DNA from: Candidatus Eiseniibacteriota bacterium
GTDB lineage: Bacteria; Eisenbacteria; RBG-16-71-46; CAZAMP01
Length of the DNA: 64,000 bases
Direction of reading: 5' to 3'
Assembly (NCBI GenBank): GCA_965224245.1
Contig: OZ245046.1
Span: 5,344,001-5,408,000 of the forward strand
Shown here: piece by piece, positions 38,218 through 49,574 of the stretch
How the letters are laid out: every line of letters starts with the position of its first letter
Position numbering within the stretch: the stretch's first letter is position 1
Translations under genes and position numbers: made by a program
The notes under the pieces: generated by a model
Database searches by the model: none
What the model saw: the letters and a program-made list of their open reading frames with translations, nothing else
What the model was told of the DNA's origin: nothing

Positions 38218-39474
38218 TCAGCCGGCGGCGCCGGCGTTCCTCCGGAGGATGTGGTCCACGAGGTGCTCCGCGTCGCCACCGACCCCGGCGACCAGACCCG
38301 AGACCCGGCGTCGCAGCCAGACGAACCCCAGGCAGTACAGTCCCGGCACGTCGCAGACGCCGTCTTCATGCCGTGGGCGTCCGCGATCGTCGAGGAGCGA
38401 CGGGTCGAGGAACCCGAGGTCGGGTCCGAAGCCGGTCGCCCAGATGACCGAGCGGATCGGGTCCCGATCGAGATCCACCGATCGCACCGCCGCCATGTCC
38501 GCGAGCCCGCCGTACGGGGCTTCTCCGGGCTCCGGCTCCGCCGGAGGCGCGTCGATGTTCGCGGACTCGATGAAGCCGTCGATCATCTTCCTCGTCCGTG
38601 CAGCCACCGCGTCGGCGTGCGCGACGTTCGTGGTCAGATCGTCTCCGATCTCGAGCGTGCGACCGCTGGCACCGGTCATGCGCCCGAGCAACCGCACGCC
38701 GTCGCGCGCGAGCTGCTGAAGGCTCACCGTGTGGCCTCCGTGGGTTCCGGACGTCTGGGGCTGCGGTGCGTGGACATCGGCGGGGTTCTCCAGGTCGGCG
38801 GGGCGCTGCTCGCCCAAGCGGGCCATGATCATCCACTCGAACACGTCCTTGCCCCGGTACCGGCGTGGCATCCGTCCCACCGCGCTCGTGCACAGATACA
38901 CGGTGCGACCCGCCTCGACGAGATCCTCGGCGATCTGGACGCCGCTCTGGGCGGAGCCGACGACGAGCACGGCGCCGTCGGGCAACCGATCGGACGACCG
39001 GTACTCCCCGGCGTGGAGCTGCGCGACGTCGTCGGGTAGCGAGGCCGCCACCGGGGGACGCCGGGGCGCGTTCTGGTCGCCGCAGCACAGCACGACGTTG
39101 TGCGCACGCCACGATCCGCGCTCGGTCTCCACGTCGAGCTCGCCGCCCCGGATCGCGACACGCGTGACGCGTACGCCCTCCTCGACCGGAAGCGAGTGAC
39201 GCTTCGCGTACGCCTCGAAGTAGCTCACCAGCGATGGAGCCGAGGAGAACCCGAGCGGCTCGTTTCCGTCGTACCGATCACCGGGCAGGAGGTTGAACGC
39301 GTTCGGGGTGTTCAGGCGAAACGACTCCCATCGCTGGGCACGCCAGCTCTGGCCCAGGCGCTCTCGCTCGAGAACGGCGTGGTCGACGTCGGCTTTCTGA
39401 AGGCAGCGGCTCATGGCCAGCCCCGCCTGTCCGGCTCCGATGACCACGGTGTTCGTCGTGCGGGTCTCGGCCAT
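38218..39474 (-). CDS. Flavin-containing monooxygenase-like oxidoreductase
   Basis: VIGAGQAG (FAD), LHAGEY, VVGSAQSG (NADPH), VIWATGF; AAGGAG RBS. Confidence 0.85.
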   Translation of the reverse strand: MAETRTTNTVVIGAGQAGLAMSRCLQKADVDHAVLERERLGQSWRAQRWESFRLNTPNAFNLLPGDRYDGNEPLGFSSAPSLVSYFEAYAKRHSLPVEEGVRVTRVAIRGGELDVETERGSWRAHNVVLCCGDQNAPRRPPVAASLPDDVAQLHAGEYRSSDRLPDGAVLVVGSAQSGVQIAEDLVEAGRTVYLCTSAVGRMPRRYRGKDVFEWMIMARLGEQRPADLENPADVHAPQPQTSGTHGGHTVSLQQLARDGVRLLGRMTGASGRTLEIGDDLTTNVAHADAVAARTRKMIDGFIESANIDAPPAEPEPGEAPYGGLADMAAVRSVDLDRDPIRSVIWATGFGPDLGFLDPSLLDDRGRPRHEDGVCDVPGLYCLGFVWLRRRVSGLVAGVGGDAEHLVDHILRRNAGAAG

Positions 39475-39600
39475 GGACAGCTCCTTCACCGGAGGATCGT
39501 GGATGACGTGCGGCACGTCGAGACGGCACGTGATGCGTGCGTGTGCGGGACCTCGAGACGACACAGTGAACCACGCGAGAGCCGCCGCGTCACGTCGCCG

Positions 39601-41580
39601 CTACTCGTACAGCCAGTCTGCGATCGCTCGCATGAGGTCGCGGAGCTCGTCCGGCTGCGTCTCGGCGATGCGCCAGAGCTCGGTGCCGATCCAGACGATC
39701 TTGCCGCTGGCCGAGCCGGTCACCGGCAGCACGCGCACCGCGACCGGCTGACCCTGGAACGGGGAGCCGAACGGCGTTCCGCAGACCGAGGCGGGATCGT
39801 CGGCCCACGCCCAGGAGTTCGAGACGTGCGTGTACAGGGGCTCGACGTACGGGTCGTCCAGCGGCGGGTCGCCGACCGGGCCCTCGGCGTGCGATCCGAG
39901 CGGGTTGTGGTAGCCCTCGGTCCACGACTCCTTCCAGATCGCGGCCTGCGCGGGGTCGTAGCCGGTCGGGTCGAGAGCCCCCTCGGGGAAGCCGAGCGAG
40001 AGGGCGGCACCGGTCGCCTCCAGACCGACGATCCCGGCGCACGGGAAGCCGAGCGCCGGCGCGGTGCCGCGAGCCACCCGATCCAGCTTCACGCGCAGCC
40101 GGAGGTGATCCCAGACGAACGTGCCCGGTCCGAAGTTGGGGTCGGCGAACGGGGGCAGGTCCGGAATGTACGCGGAGGACGACGGGTAGAAGTCGCCGAG
40201 CATGGCGCCGATGGTGTTGCGGCCCCAGACGACCAGGTTGCCGCCGCCGCGCACGTAGATGCTCAGCCAGTCTCCGTGCTCGGCGAACGGGCTCGGATCG
40301 GTGAACCGTCCCATCAACGAGCCGCTCCCGCCGGCCGCCACGTTCCAGAACAGCGTCCGGAAGCGCGCGAGGAGACTCAGCTCGACATCGTGAAGCGCGG
40401 ACAGCTCGATGCATTCGTCCGGCGTGACGTGGGCGTCCAGCAGTGCGAGCTCGTCGCCGTCGAGGTACGGCTCCACGGCGTAGGCGATGAGGTCGCGGAG
40501 AACGGCGTCCTGGTCGCAGTCCCGCACGCCCGCGGCGACGTAGTCGTCGACGAGAAGCGCGGGGCGATCGAACGGAAGTGCGATGATCTCCAGCGTGAGC
40601 ACGAGCTCGCTCTGGTGGGCCTCGTCGTCGCGCTCGTCCCGTCCTTGCAGCGTGACGACGACCTCGTTCCCGACGGCGGACTCGGGGATGTCGAAGTCGA
40701 TCTCCTGCGGGTCGCCCCACTCGGACCACTCTCCGTCGCACCCGTCGCACGCGATGCGAATGCGTGATGGTCCCGGATCGTAGCCGTACCAGTCGGCGTC
40801 GATCTGCCAGGTGAACGTCAGCGGAAGACCCTCGGGTATCTCGATCCTGTACGACGTCGAGCCGGGACCTCCTTCGAGGGTGCCGTACCCGTTGTCGAGC
40901 AGGATGTACGGTGCGGCAGGGAGGCTCGGAACGACGCCGAGCCGGGTCACGTTGCCTTCGACCCCCGCGCTCGCGATCGCGAACGCGTCGGCCGGCGTGA
41001 CGTGGCCCTTCTCGTCCACCGCCCGGACGGCGAGCGCGTAGGCGCCGGCCGGAAGATCGGTGAAGACCATCTCGCTCTCCGGGTACAGATCGTCGAGATG
41101 AGGCCACCAGTCGGTCTCGTAGTAGTGATCGTTCGACACCAGCGGTGGGAACGGCTCGCCGGGCTCGGGCTCCTCCACGGCGAAGCCACCCGGGATCAGG
41201 AGGTTCGGCCGGCGGATGTCGGAGGTTCCGCCCGGGAGTGTGTGCAGGAGGAAGCTCAGGACGAGATCGTCGGGGTGAGAGATGTCCGGGCCGATCAGCT
41301 TGAGCTGGTATCCGACGATGGGAACCTCTCCGGCGGGGACCGGGCTCCACTGCACGCGGAACGATGAGGGAACCTGCGCTCGTTCGAACTCGCCCGCCGT
41401 GGCGCGGACCGGTCGTGTGATCACGGCCGCGGGTGCGTCGACGGTGCGGTCCGGCGTGATCAGCTCGCCGAGCTCGTTCGAGACCGGAGACCCGGGCTCG
41501 TCACAGGACGTGGTCAGCGCGAGCAGCGATGCGGCGGCGAGGATCGGTCCACCGCCGGCGAGCATGTGGGCGTAGCGCAT
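39601..41580 (-). CDS. Large lipoprotein of unknown function
   Basis: GAGGAGG RBS; lipobox LLALTTS-C; FN3-like segment (LPAGAYALAVRAVDEKG); C-terminal alpha/beta domain (LLVDDY, YVRGGGNLVVWG). Confidence 0.75.
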   Translation of the reverse strand: MRYAHMLAGGGPILAAASLLALTTSCDEPGSPVSNELGELITPDRTVDAPAAVITRPVRATAGEFERAQVPSSFRVQWSPVPAGEVPIVGYQLKLIGPDISHPDDLVLSFLLHTLPGGTSDIRRPNLLIPGGFAVEEPEPGEPFPPLVSNDHYYETDWWPHLDDLYPESEMVFTDLPAGAYALAVRAVDEKGHVTPADAFAIASAGVEGNVTRLGVVPSLPAAPYILLDNGYGTLEGGPGSTSYRIEIPEGLPLTFTWQIDADWYGYDPGPSRIRIACDGCDGEWSEWGDPQEIDFDIPESAVGNEVVVTLQGRDERDDEAHQSELVLTLEIIALPFDRPALLVDDYVAAGVRDCDQDAVLRDLIAYAVEPYLDGDELALLDAHVTPDECIELSALHDVELSLLARFRTLFWNVAAGGSGSLMGRFTDPSPFAEHGDWLSIYVRGGGNLVVWGRNTIGAMLGDFYPSSSAYIPDLPPFADPNFGPGTFVWDHLRLRVKLDRVARGTAPALGFPCAGIVGLEATGAALSLGFPEGALDPTGYDPAQAAIWKESWTEGYHNPLGSHAEGPVGDPPLDDPYVEPLYTHVSNSWAWADDPASVCGTPFGSPFQGQPVAVRVLPVTGSASGKIVWIGTELWRIAETQPDELRDLMRAIADWLYE

Positions 41581-41766
41581 CACGACCTCCTCACGCGGGA
41601 GGGTGAGGGTCCCCGGCGACATCCAGAACGCTATCGCACATCCCGTCGATGGCTCAATGTGTTTCTGCCCGCCCGCGGGTCATCGTGTAGAATCGCGCTT
41701 CGAGACGCCGCGATGGGGTGCGGCTACGGGGCCGTGGGGTCCGAGTCGGACACGAGGAGTTGCGAT

Positions 41767-41997
41767 GTGAGCCACGTCTCCCGCTGGGTCGGCACGATCA
41801 CCCTGACGACCGCGACGCTGGGCCTCGCCTCCGCCGCCGACCTCGAGATGCACGACATCGGCGGGTTCTCGGTGCTCGGCCGCACGGGGACCTACCCCGA
41901 CGGTGTCTCCGGAATCTCCATGTCCACCACCATCTGCAACGGGGGCGCCGACGCCGTCCCGTGGCAGGCGATGCCGTTCGACGATCGCGCGTCGTGA
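41767..41997 (+). pseudogene. Truncated paralog of the core domain of 19287-21383
   Basis: GAGGAG RBS, signal peptide, then LGRTGTYPDGVSGISMSTTICNGG..VPW (vs LGHSGTYPNGIAGISMSTTSCNPG..VPW); stops after 76 aa. Confidence 0.7.
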
Positions 41998-42019
41998 CGA
42001 TCAGACGATCGCGCGTCGT
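41980..42019. repeat. 16-bp direct repeat with a partial third copy
   Basis: GACGATCGCGCGTCGT-GACGATCA-GACGATCGCGCGTCGT. Confidence 0.8.
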
Positions 42020-42024
42020 ACCGG

Positions 42025-44256
42025 TCACGAGAGGGTCAGGCGTTTCGCGTCGGCGTCCGCGTCGACGTCCACGACCACGTGGCCGCCTCCCGCATACTTT
42101 CCGAAGAGAACCTCTTCGGTGAGCGGACGCTTGATGTGCTCGTCGATCACGCGCGAGAGCGGTCGGGCGCCGAAGGCCGGCTCGTAGCCCTCCTTCGCGA
42201 GCCACGTGCGTGCGGCGTCGGTCAGCTCCAGCGTCACCTTCTTCTCGGCCAGCTGCGCGCCGAGCTGACGGATGAACTTGTCCACGATCAGGCCCATCAC
42301 CATCGGGTCGAGCGCGTCGAACGATAGCCGCGCGTCCAGGCGATTGCGGAACTCGGGGCTGAAGAGCCGCTCGACCGCCTTCTGGTCGGCACCGTCCGGT
42401 GAGCCGCCGCCGAACCCGACCTTGCGCTGCGCCATCTCACGAGCGCCCACGTTCGAGCTCATCAGGATGATGACGTTGCGGAGGTCGGCCTCCTTGCCAT
42501 TGGCGTCGGTCAACGTGCCGTGGTCCATGATCTGAAGGAGGATGTTGAACACCTCGGGGTGCGCCTTCTCGATCTCGTCCAGGAGCAGCACCGCGTGCGG
42601 GGTCTTGGATACGGCCTCGGTCAGGAGTCCGCCCTGCTCGTGACCGACGTATCCAGGTGGCGCGCCGACCAGGCGCGAGACCGTATGCCGCTCCATGTAC
42701 TCGGACATGTCGAAGCGCAGGAACGAGATTCCGAGCACCTCGGCCAGCTGCCTGGCCATCTCGGTCTTGCCCACCCCGGTGGGGCCGGTCAGCAGGAACG
42801 AGCCGACCGGCTTCTCGGGCTCGCGCAGCCCGGCCCGCGCCACCTTGATCGCGGACACGAGGGTCTCGATGGCCCGGTCCTGTCCGAAGATGACCTTCTT
42901 GAGCTCGCTCTCCAGGCTCTTCAAGCGGTCGCGGTCGGAGCCCTGCACGCGCTTCGGCGGGATCTGCGCCATCGTGGCCAGGACGACCTCGATGTCGCGC
43001 ACGCCGACCATCCTCTTGCCGGTGAGCGCCGCGTTGGAGCCGGCCTCGTCGATCAGATCGATCGCCTTGTCGGGAAGCTTGTGGTCGCGCAGGTGCCGCG
43101 CCGCCAGCGTCACCGCCTGCTCGATGGCCGGGCGCGTGTACCGGACCCCGTGGTGCGCCTCGTAGCGGGGCTTGAGGCCCATCAGGATCTGCACCGCCTC
43201 GGCGTGCGACGGCTCGCGGATCTCGACCTTCTGGAAGCGCCGCGACAGCGCGCGGTCGCGCTCGAAGTGCTGCCGGTACTCGGGCCACGTGGTGGCGCCG
43301 ATGCATCGGAGGTGTCCGCTCTCCAGGGCGGGCTTCAAGAGGTTGGACGCGTCCATGGAGCCCGAGCCGGCGGCGCCGGCGCCGACCAGCGTGTGGATCT
43401 CGTCGATGAAGAGGATCGGGCGCTCGAGCGCCTCCATGGCCTTCAGCACCGCCTTGAGGCGGTTCTCGAAGTCGCCGCGATAGCGGCTGCCGGCGAGCAC
43501 GGCGCCGAGATCCAGCCGGTAGATCTCGGTGTCGGCGAGCGGGGCCGGCACGTCGCCCGACGCGATCCGAGCCGCGAGCCCCTCCAGCATCGCCGTCTTG
43601 CCGACGCCGGGATCGCCCACGTACACCGGGTTGTTCTTCTGCTTGCGCTGGAGGATGCGGAACGTCCGCTCCATCTCCTGCTCGCGGCCGATGATCGGCT
43701 CGACCGCGCCGGCGCGCGCCAGCTCGGTGACGTTCGTGGTGAACGCCTGGAGCGGATCGCCCTCGGCCCCCTCGTCGTCGAGGCCGGGATCCCCGAACGG
43801 CGCGCCGGGGTCGGTCGGCTCGAGCTTGGAGACGCCGTGAGCCAGGTAGCTGACCACGTCGAGCCGCGTGACGCCGTGGCCCTCGAGCACGGTGACGGCG
43901 TACGAGTCGTTCTCGTCGAAGATCGCGACCAGCACCGACGTGGCCGTGACCTCGGTCTTGCCCGCGCCCTCGGAGTGGGCCACCGCGCGGGCGATGGCGC
44001 GCTGGAAGCCGCGCGTCGGCATGGGCTCGCGTCGCTCGGCCTCGGGAAGCGACTCGATCTGATCGTCGAGGTACACCTCGAGGTCGCGCTTGATCGCGCG
44101 CACGTTGCCGCCTGCGTGGCGGATCACGTCGGCGGTCTCCTCGTCGAGGAGCAGCGCGTACAGGAGGTGCTCGAGCCCGGCGTACTCGTGACCCTTCGTG
44201 GCCGCCTCGGTCACCGCGACCGACAGGGAGATCTGCAAGTCTTCAGAGAGTGTCAT
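42025..44256 (-). CDS. clpA: ATP-dependent Clp protease ATP-binding subunit ClpA
   Basis: Clp N domain, two AAA modules ([16 protein letters not shown]), VGF ClpP-docking loop, no M domain; coupled to clpS. Confidence 0.95.
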   Translation of the reverse strand: MTLSEDLQISLSVAVTEAATKGHEYAGLEHLLYALLLDEETADVIRHAGGNVRAIKRDLEVYLDDQIESLPEAERREPMPTRGFQRAIARAVAHSEGAGKTEVTATSVLVAIFDENDSYAVTVLEGHGVTRLDVVSYLAHGVSKLEPTDPGAPFGDPGLDDEGAEGDPLQAFTTNVTELARAGAVEPIIGREQEMERTFRILQRKQKNNPVYVGDPGVGKTAMLEGLAARIASGDVPAPLADTEIYRLDLGAVLAGSRYRGDFENRLKAVLKAMEALERPILFIDEIHTLVGAGAAGSGSMDASNLLKPALESGHLRCIGATTWPEYRQHFERDRALSRRFQKVEIREPSHAEAVQILMGLKPRYEAHHGVRYTRPAIEQAVTLAARHLRDHKLPDKAIDLIDEAGSNAALTGKRMVGVRDIEVVLATMAQIPPKRVQGSDRDRLKSLESELKKVIFGQDRAIETLVSAIKVARAGLREPEKPVGSFLLTGPTGVGKTEMARQLAEVLGISFLRFDMSEYMERHTVSRLVGAPPGYVGHEQGGLLTEAVSKTPHAVLLLDEIEKAHPEVFNILLQIMDHGTLTDANGKEADLRNVIILMSSNVGAREMAQRKVGFGGGSPDGADQKAVERLFSPEFRNRLDARLSFDALDPMVMGLIVDKFIRQLGAQLAEKKVTLELTDAARTWLAKEGYEPAFGARPLSRVIDEHIKRPLTEEVLFGKYAGGGHVVVDVDADADAKRLTLS

Positions 44257-44567
44257 TCCGGCTCCGCCGTCACTTTGAGCGGCATCTCGGCGTCCTGTGC
44301 CTCCTGGGTGACGGCCGCGACCTTGGTCTCGGCGACGTCACGTGGATAGCGGCCGGCGACGCCGATCCCCTTGTGATGTACCTGCAGCATCACGTGCGTC
44401 GCCTCGGCGCCGGTCTTCTGGAAGTGCTTCATCAAGACGTGAATGACGAAGTCCATCGTCGTGAAGTCGTCGTTGTGCAGGAGCACCTTCCACAGGCGCG
44501 CCCGCTTGGTCTTTCGTCGCGTCCTGGCGACCAGCTCGTCGCCCGACTTCGGCGTCGATGACATCAC
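44253..44567 (-). CDS. clpS: Clp protease adaptor ClpS
   Basis: KVLLHNDDFTTMDFV, MLQVHHKG, AETKV, PLKVT. Confidence 0.95.
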   Translation of the reverse strand: MMSSTPKSGDELVARTRRKTKRARLWKVLLHNDDFTTMDFVIHVLMKHFQKTGAEATHVMLQVHHKGIGVAGRYPRDVAETKVAAVTQEAQDAEMPLKVTAEPE

Positions 44568-44994
44568 GCTCCGTTACGGTACGTTATCGACCGTCGGATT
44601 GATACGTTTGCCTCGGCTGGCCCCGTCGTCGTCGCGACCCATCCGTCGACGGATCGCAGAACCGCCGATCGGCCGAGAAGTTCCGTCGGAGCCGCTCGGG
44701 GGGACGTCAGGACCGGTCGCCACCGCGTGATCGTTCCCGGGCCGACCCCGATGAGTCTAGCAGCGGGCGCGGTTCGACGCATCGCTCCGGCAGGGGCCTC
44801 CCGGACGTGGAGCCGGGTCCGACGACGTCACCACTCCGAACGGTACGCGTCCACCCAGTCCCAGACGGACGTCGACTCGAGGACTCGGTGGCGCCCGTGG
44901 CCCGCCGATGCGGCTCTACCTCACGGTCCGCACGACGCACGCCGTTTACGCCTGGCGACGCGTGCACGGGAGTCCGCGGCTCGACGCCGCGTGC

Positions 44995-46083
<1,089 letters not shown>

Positions 46084-46089
46084 GGGCTC

Positions 46090-46593
46090 CTACTCGGCGG
46101 CCTCCGGCTGCCGGCCGGCCAGCTCGGTGTCGATCATCAGAAGCGCCGCGCTGGAGTCGGCCGCGAGCTTCATGCGCTGGACGATCCGGTCGACCGAGGC
46201 CTCTTCCTCGACCTGCTCCTCGACGAACCACCGGAGGAAGGTCTCGGTGGGGTTGTCGCGATCGTCCTTGGCCTGGTTCACCAGATCGTTGATGAGCGAC
46301 GAGATGTGCCGCTCGTGGGCCAGGGCGGCCTCGGCCGCGGCCAGGGGCGACTCCCACGTCTTCGGCGGCGCGCCGATCGCGCCGAGCTCGATCTTGCCGC
46401 CGCGGTCGAGCACGAACTCGAAGATCTTCATCGCGTGGATGTGCTCTTCCTGGGCCTGCATGTCGAGCCAGTGGGCGAACCCGTCCAGGTTCAGGTCCTG
46501 AAAGTACCCCTGCATCTGGCGGTATACGTAGAACGACTCGAATTCGGCCGTGATCTGCTTGTTGAGCGCCTTCTCCATCGCGGCACCGAGCAT
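46090..46593 (-). CDS. ftnA: Non-heme ferritin
   Basis: LNKQITAEFES..Y, QAQEEHIHAMK, HE, FLRWFVEEQVEEE ferroxidase pattern. Confidence 0.92.
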   Translation of the reverse strand: MLGAAMEKALNKQITAEFESFYVYRQMQGYFQDLNLDGFAHWLDMQAQEEHIHAMKIFEFVLDRGGKIELGAIGAPPKTWESPLAAAEAALAHERHISSLINDLVNQAKDDRDNPTETFLRWFVEEQVEEEASVDRIVQRMKLAADSSAALLMIDTELAGRQPEAAE

Positions 46594-47161
46594 GGGGGTA
46601 CCTCTCCTTTCGATCGGTCGTCCGGCCTGTTGGTCAGGGCCGCCTACCATAGCGCGTATCCGATTCGGCTTCCACTAAATGCATGTCCCGAGCGGCGTTG
46701 CGAAAGCCGAACTGGTGTCGGGAGTCCACCGCCGGACGGAGGCACGCCCGGCCGGGGTCGGTCGGCGGCCGGCGGCACCGAGGGACGTAATGTCAAGCGA
46801 GAGCGCGGCATCGACCGGACGACGGCCGATAACGACGTCCGAGAGGTTGCGTGTGGCTCCGGCGACACCGTATCCTCGTCCGGCGTCACCCGGACCGTCC
46901 ATTCACGCTTCCGGGACCGCCCCGGGCGAACCCAACAGCATGCTTCTCGGTTTGATCGACGTGCCGGTCGGGCTCCACGCAGCCGGCCGTGCGCGCGCGA
47001 GATCGTGCTCCGGCAACGGCTCGCGCCGACACGAGGCTCGGGACACAGATTCACATGACGAGTTCGCGTGGCGTCTCTGTTCGGCTCCGAGGCCGATCGC
47101 ACGGGCAGGGCGATCGACCCACGACGAGCCCCCGGGACCCGCGCCGACGAAAGGACGATCG

Positions 47162-48286
47162 ATGCCCTTGAAGAAAATCGGGACCTACGCGGTCCAGCAT
47201 CTTCAGGTGCTCGACGAGAACGGCAAGCTCGACGAGACGCTCGAGCCCGAACTCTCGACCGAGCAGCTCCTGACGCTCTACCGGAGCATGCTCCTGGCCC
47301 GTCGCGCCGACGAACGCCAGCTGAAGCTCCAGCGTCAGGGGCGCATGGGCACGTTCGGTCCGTGTACCGGCCAGGAGGCCGCGGTGTGCGCACCGGCCCT
47401 GGCGATGACGAAGGACGACTGGTTCGTCGGGGCGTTTCGCGAGATCGGCGCCCGCCTCATGCGGGGAGTCACCCTCGACGAGGAGTACCTGTTCTGGAAC
47501 GGCTTCGAGGAGGGCAACGTCACCGACGGGGCCCACCGGACGCTCCCGAACGCCGTCATCGTGGCCTCGCAGACGCTCCACGCGGTCGGCATCGCGTACG
47601 CGATGAAGCTCCGGGGCGAGAAGTCGGCCGTCGCCTGCTTCTTCGGCGACGGTGCCACCTCGCAGGGCGACTTCTACGAGGCGCTCAACTTCGCCTCGGT
47701 ATGGCAGGTGCCGTGCGTCTTCTTCTGCTGCAACAACCAGTGGGCGATCTCGGTCCCCCGCGCGAAGCAGACGCGATCGAAGACCCTCGCCCAGAAGGCG
47801 ATCGCGGCCGAGGTCCCATGCCTTCAGGTGGACGGCAACGACGCGCTGGCCATGTACCGCGCCGCCGACGAGGCGTTCACGCGGGCCCGCGACGGCGGCG
47901 GCCCCACGCTCATCGAGGCCGTCACGTTTCGACTGATGATGCACACCACGGCCGACGATCCGACGAAGTACCGCGAGAAGGCCGTCGAGGAGGAGTGGTG
48001 GCGAAAGGACCCGCTCCCGCGCTTCGAGGGCTACCTGCAGGACAAGGGCGTGCTGACCGACGCGATCAAGGCCGACTACGAGGCCGAGATCAAGGCCGAG
48101 GTCGACGCGGCGGTGGCCACGCTCGAGTCCCGCGACGACTTCAAGCCCGACGCGCCGTTCGACCACGTCTTCGGCACCAAGCACGCGGTCATCGAGGAGC
48201 AGCGCCAGGAGTTCCTGGCCCAGCTGGCCGAGGAGCAGGCGGCCGCGAGCACGCCGCCCGCGTCGAAGGAGACGGCCCATGCCTAA
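47162..48286 (+). CDS. pdhA: 2-oxoacid (probably pyruvate) dehydrogenase E1 alpha
   Basis: LQRQGRMG, GQEA, TPP motif GDGATSQGDF..NNQWAIS, HTTADDP. Confidence 0.9.
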   Translation: MPLKKIGTYAVQHLQVLDENGKLDETLEPELSTEQLLTLYRSMLLARRADERQLKLQRQGRMGTFGPCTGQEAAVCAPALAMTKDDWFVGAFREIGARLMRGVTLDEEYLFWNGFEEGNVTDGAHRTLPNAVIVASQTLHAVGIAYAMKLRGEKSAVACFFGDGATSQGDFYEALNFASVWQVPCVFFCCNNQWAISVPRAKQTRSKTLAQKAIAAEVPCLQVDGNDALAMYRAADEAFTRARDGGGPTLIEAVTFRLMMHTTADDPTKYREKAVEEEWWRKDPLPRFEGYLQDKGVLTDAIKADYEAEIKAEVDAAVATLESRDDFKPDAPFDHVFGTKHAVIEEQRQEFLAQLAEEQAAASTPPASKETAHA

Positions 48287-49259
48287 GCTGAACATGGTGC
48301 AGGCGCTGAACATGGCGCTCGATCACGAGATGGCCTCCGACGACAGCGTGGTCCTCCTGGGCGAGGACATCGGTCCCAACGGTGGGGTCTTCCGCGTGAC
48401 CGAGGGGCTCCACGCGAAGTACGGCGAGGCGCGCGTCATGGACACCCCGCTGGCCGAGTCCGGAATCCTCGGCACCGCCATCGGCATGTCCATGGCGGGT
48501 CTCAGGCCGGTCGCCGAGATGCAGTTCTCGGGCTTCTCGTACCTGATGTTCCACCAGCTCGAGGGCAACGCGTCGCGATACCGCTCGCGCACGCACGGGC
48601 GCTACACGTGCCCGCTGGTCGTGCGCATGCCGTACGGCGGCGGGGTGCGCGCGCTCGAGCACCACTCCGAGAGCCGCGAGGCCACGTACGGGCACGTGCC
48701 GGGGGTGAAGGTGATCGCGCCGTCCACGCCGCGCAACGCGAAGGCGCTCCTCCTGGCCGCCATCCGCGACCCCGACCCGGTCGTGTTCATGGAGCCCAAG
48801 CACTCCTACCGCGCGTTCCGCGAGGAGGTGCCCGAGACCGACGAGGTCATGGACATCGGCGTCTCGCATCTCGTCGAGCAGGGGCGCGACATCACGGTGG
48901 TCTCGTGGGGCTCGATGATGCGTCCCACGCTGGAGGCCGTGCACGGGGTCAAGCACGACCGCGGCATCGGGGTGGACCTGATCGACGTGCTGACCGTCTC
49001 ACCTCTCGACTCGGACACCATCATCGAGTCGGTCAAGAAGACCGGACGGTGCGTGGTCGTCCAGGAGGCGCCGCGCTCGCTGAGCGTCTCGGCCGAGATC
49101 ATCGCGCGGATCAACGACAAGGTCCTCATGTATCTCGAGGCGCCGGTGCGACGGGTCACCCACTACGACGTGGTCACGCCGAACTTCGGCCGCGAGAAGA
49201 TGTACCTGCCCAACGCGCGGCGGATCCGGAAGGCGATCGAGGAGACGCTCGACTTCTGA
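48279..49259 (+). CDS. pdhB: 2-oxoacid dehydrogenase E1 beta
   Basis: GEDIG.NGGVFRVT, DTPLAESG, EMQF, EHHSES. Confidence 0.92.
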   Translation: MPKLNMVQALNMALDHEMASDDSVVLLGEDIGPNGGVFRVTEGLHAKYGEARVMDTPLAESGILGTAIGMSMAGLRPVAEMQFSGFSYLMFHQLEGNASRYRSRTHGRYTCPLVVRMPYGGGVRALEHHSESREATYGHVPGVKVIAPSTPRNAKALLLAAIRDPDPVVFMEPKHSYRAFREEVPETDEVMDIGVSHLVEQGRDITVVSWGSMMRPTLEAVHGVKHDRGIGVDLIDVLTVSPLDSDTIIESVKKTGRCVVVQEAPRSLSVSAEIIARINDKVLMYLEAPVRRVTHYDVVTPNFGREKMYLPNARRIRKAIEETLDF

Positions 49260-49574
49260 GGGCGAGACGACCCCGGTCGCGACCGGCGACCGGGAGCGTC
49301 GCGTGACCGGACACCGGCTTCGAGCGCCGTCCCATCCCGGTCGGCCGACCGGTGATTTTCGCGTAGGTGTTTGCACGACTTCGGTTTACAATGGCCGCCA
49401 CTGGATTGCGACCCGTCGGCGTGGAGCGCCGGCCCGCACCCGGGTCGACCGCGCCCGCATCCAACGCCATACTCCAGACCGTATCCCGTCGGCCCCGTCG
49501 CGAGAGGCCGATCGACTCAGAGCCCGGCATGATGGCCGGGGCCCGGCACAGTCGCCGGGGCTGGGAGGACTCAC

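Noticed and set aside
44568-44994. Gap between the ABC ATPase and clpS as a small gene or tRNA
   Set aside because: Only low-complexity ORFs without RBS, and no cloverleaf pattern.
46594-47161. Long ftnA-pdhA intergenic region as a possible ncRNA or riboswitch
   Set aside because: No recognisable RNA family motif; a TTGACA on the minus strand (~46790) has no matching -10.
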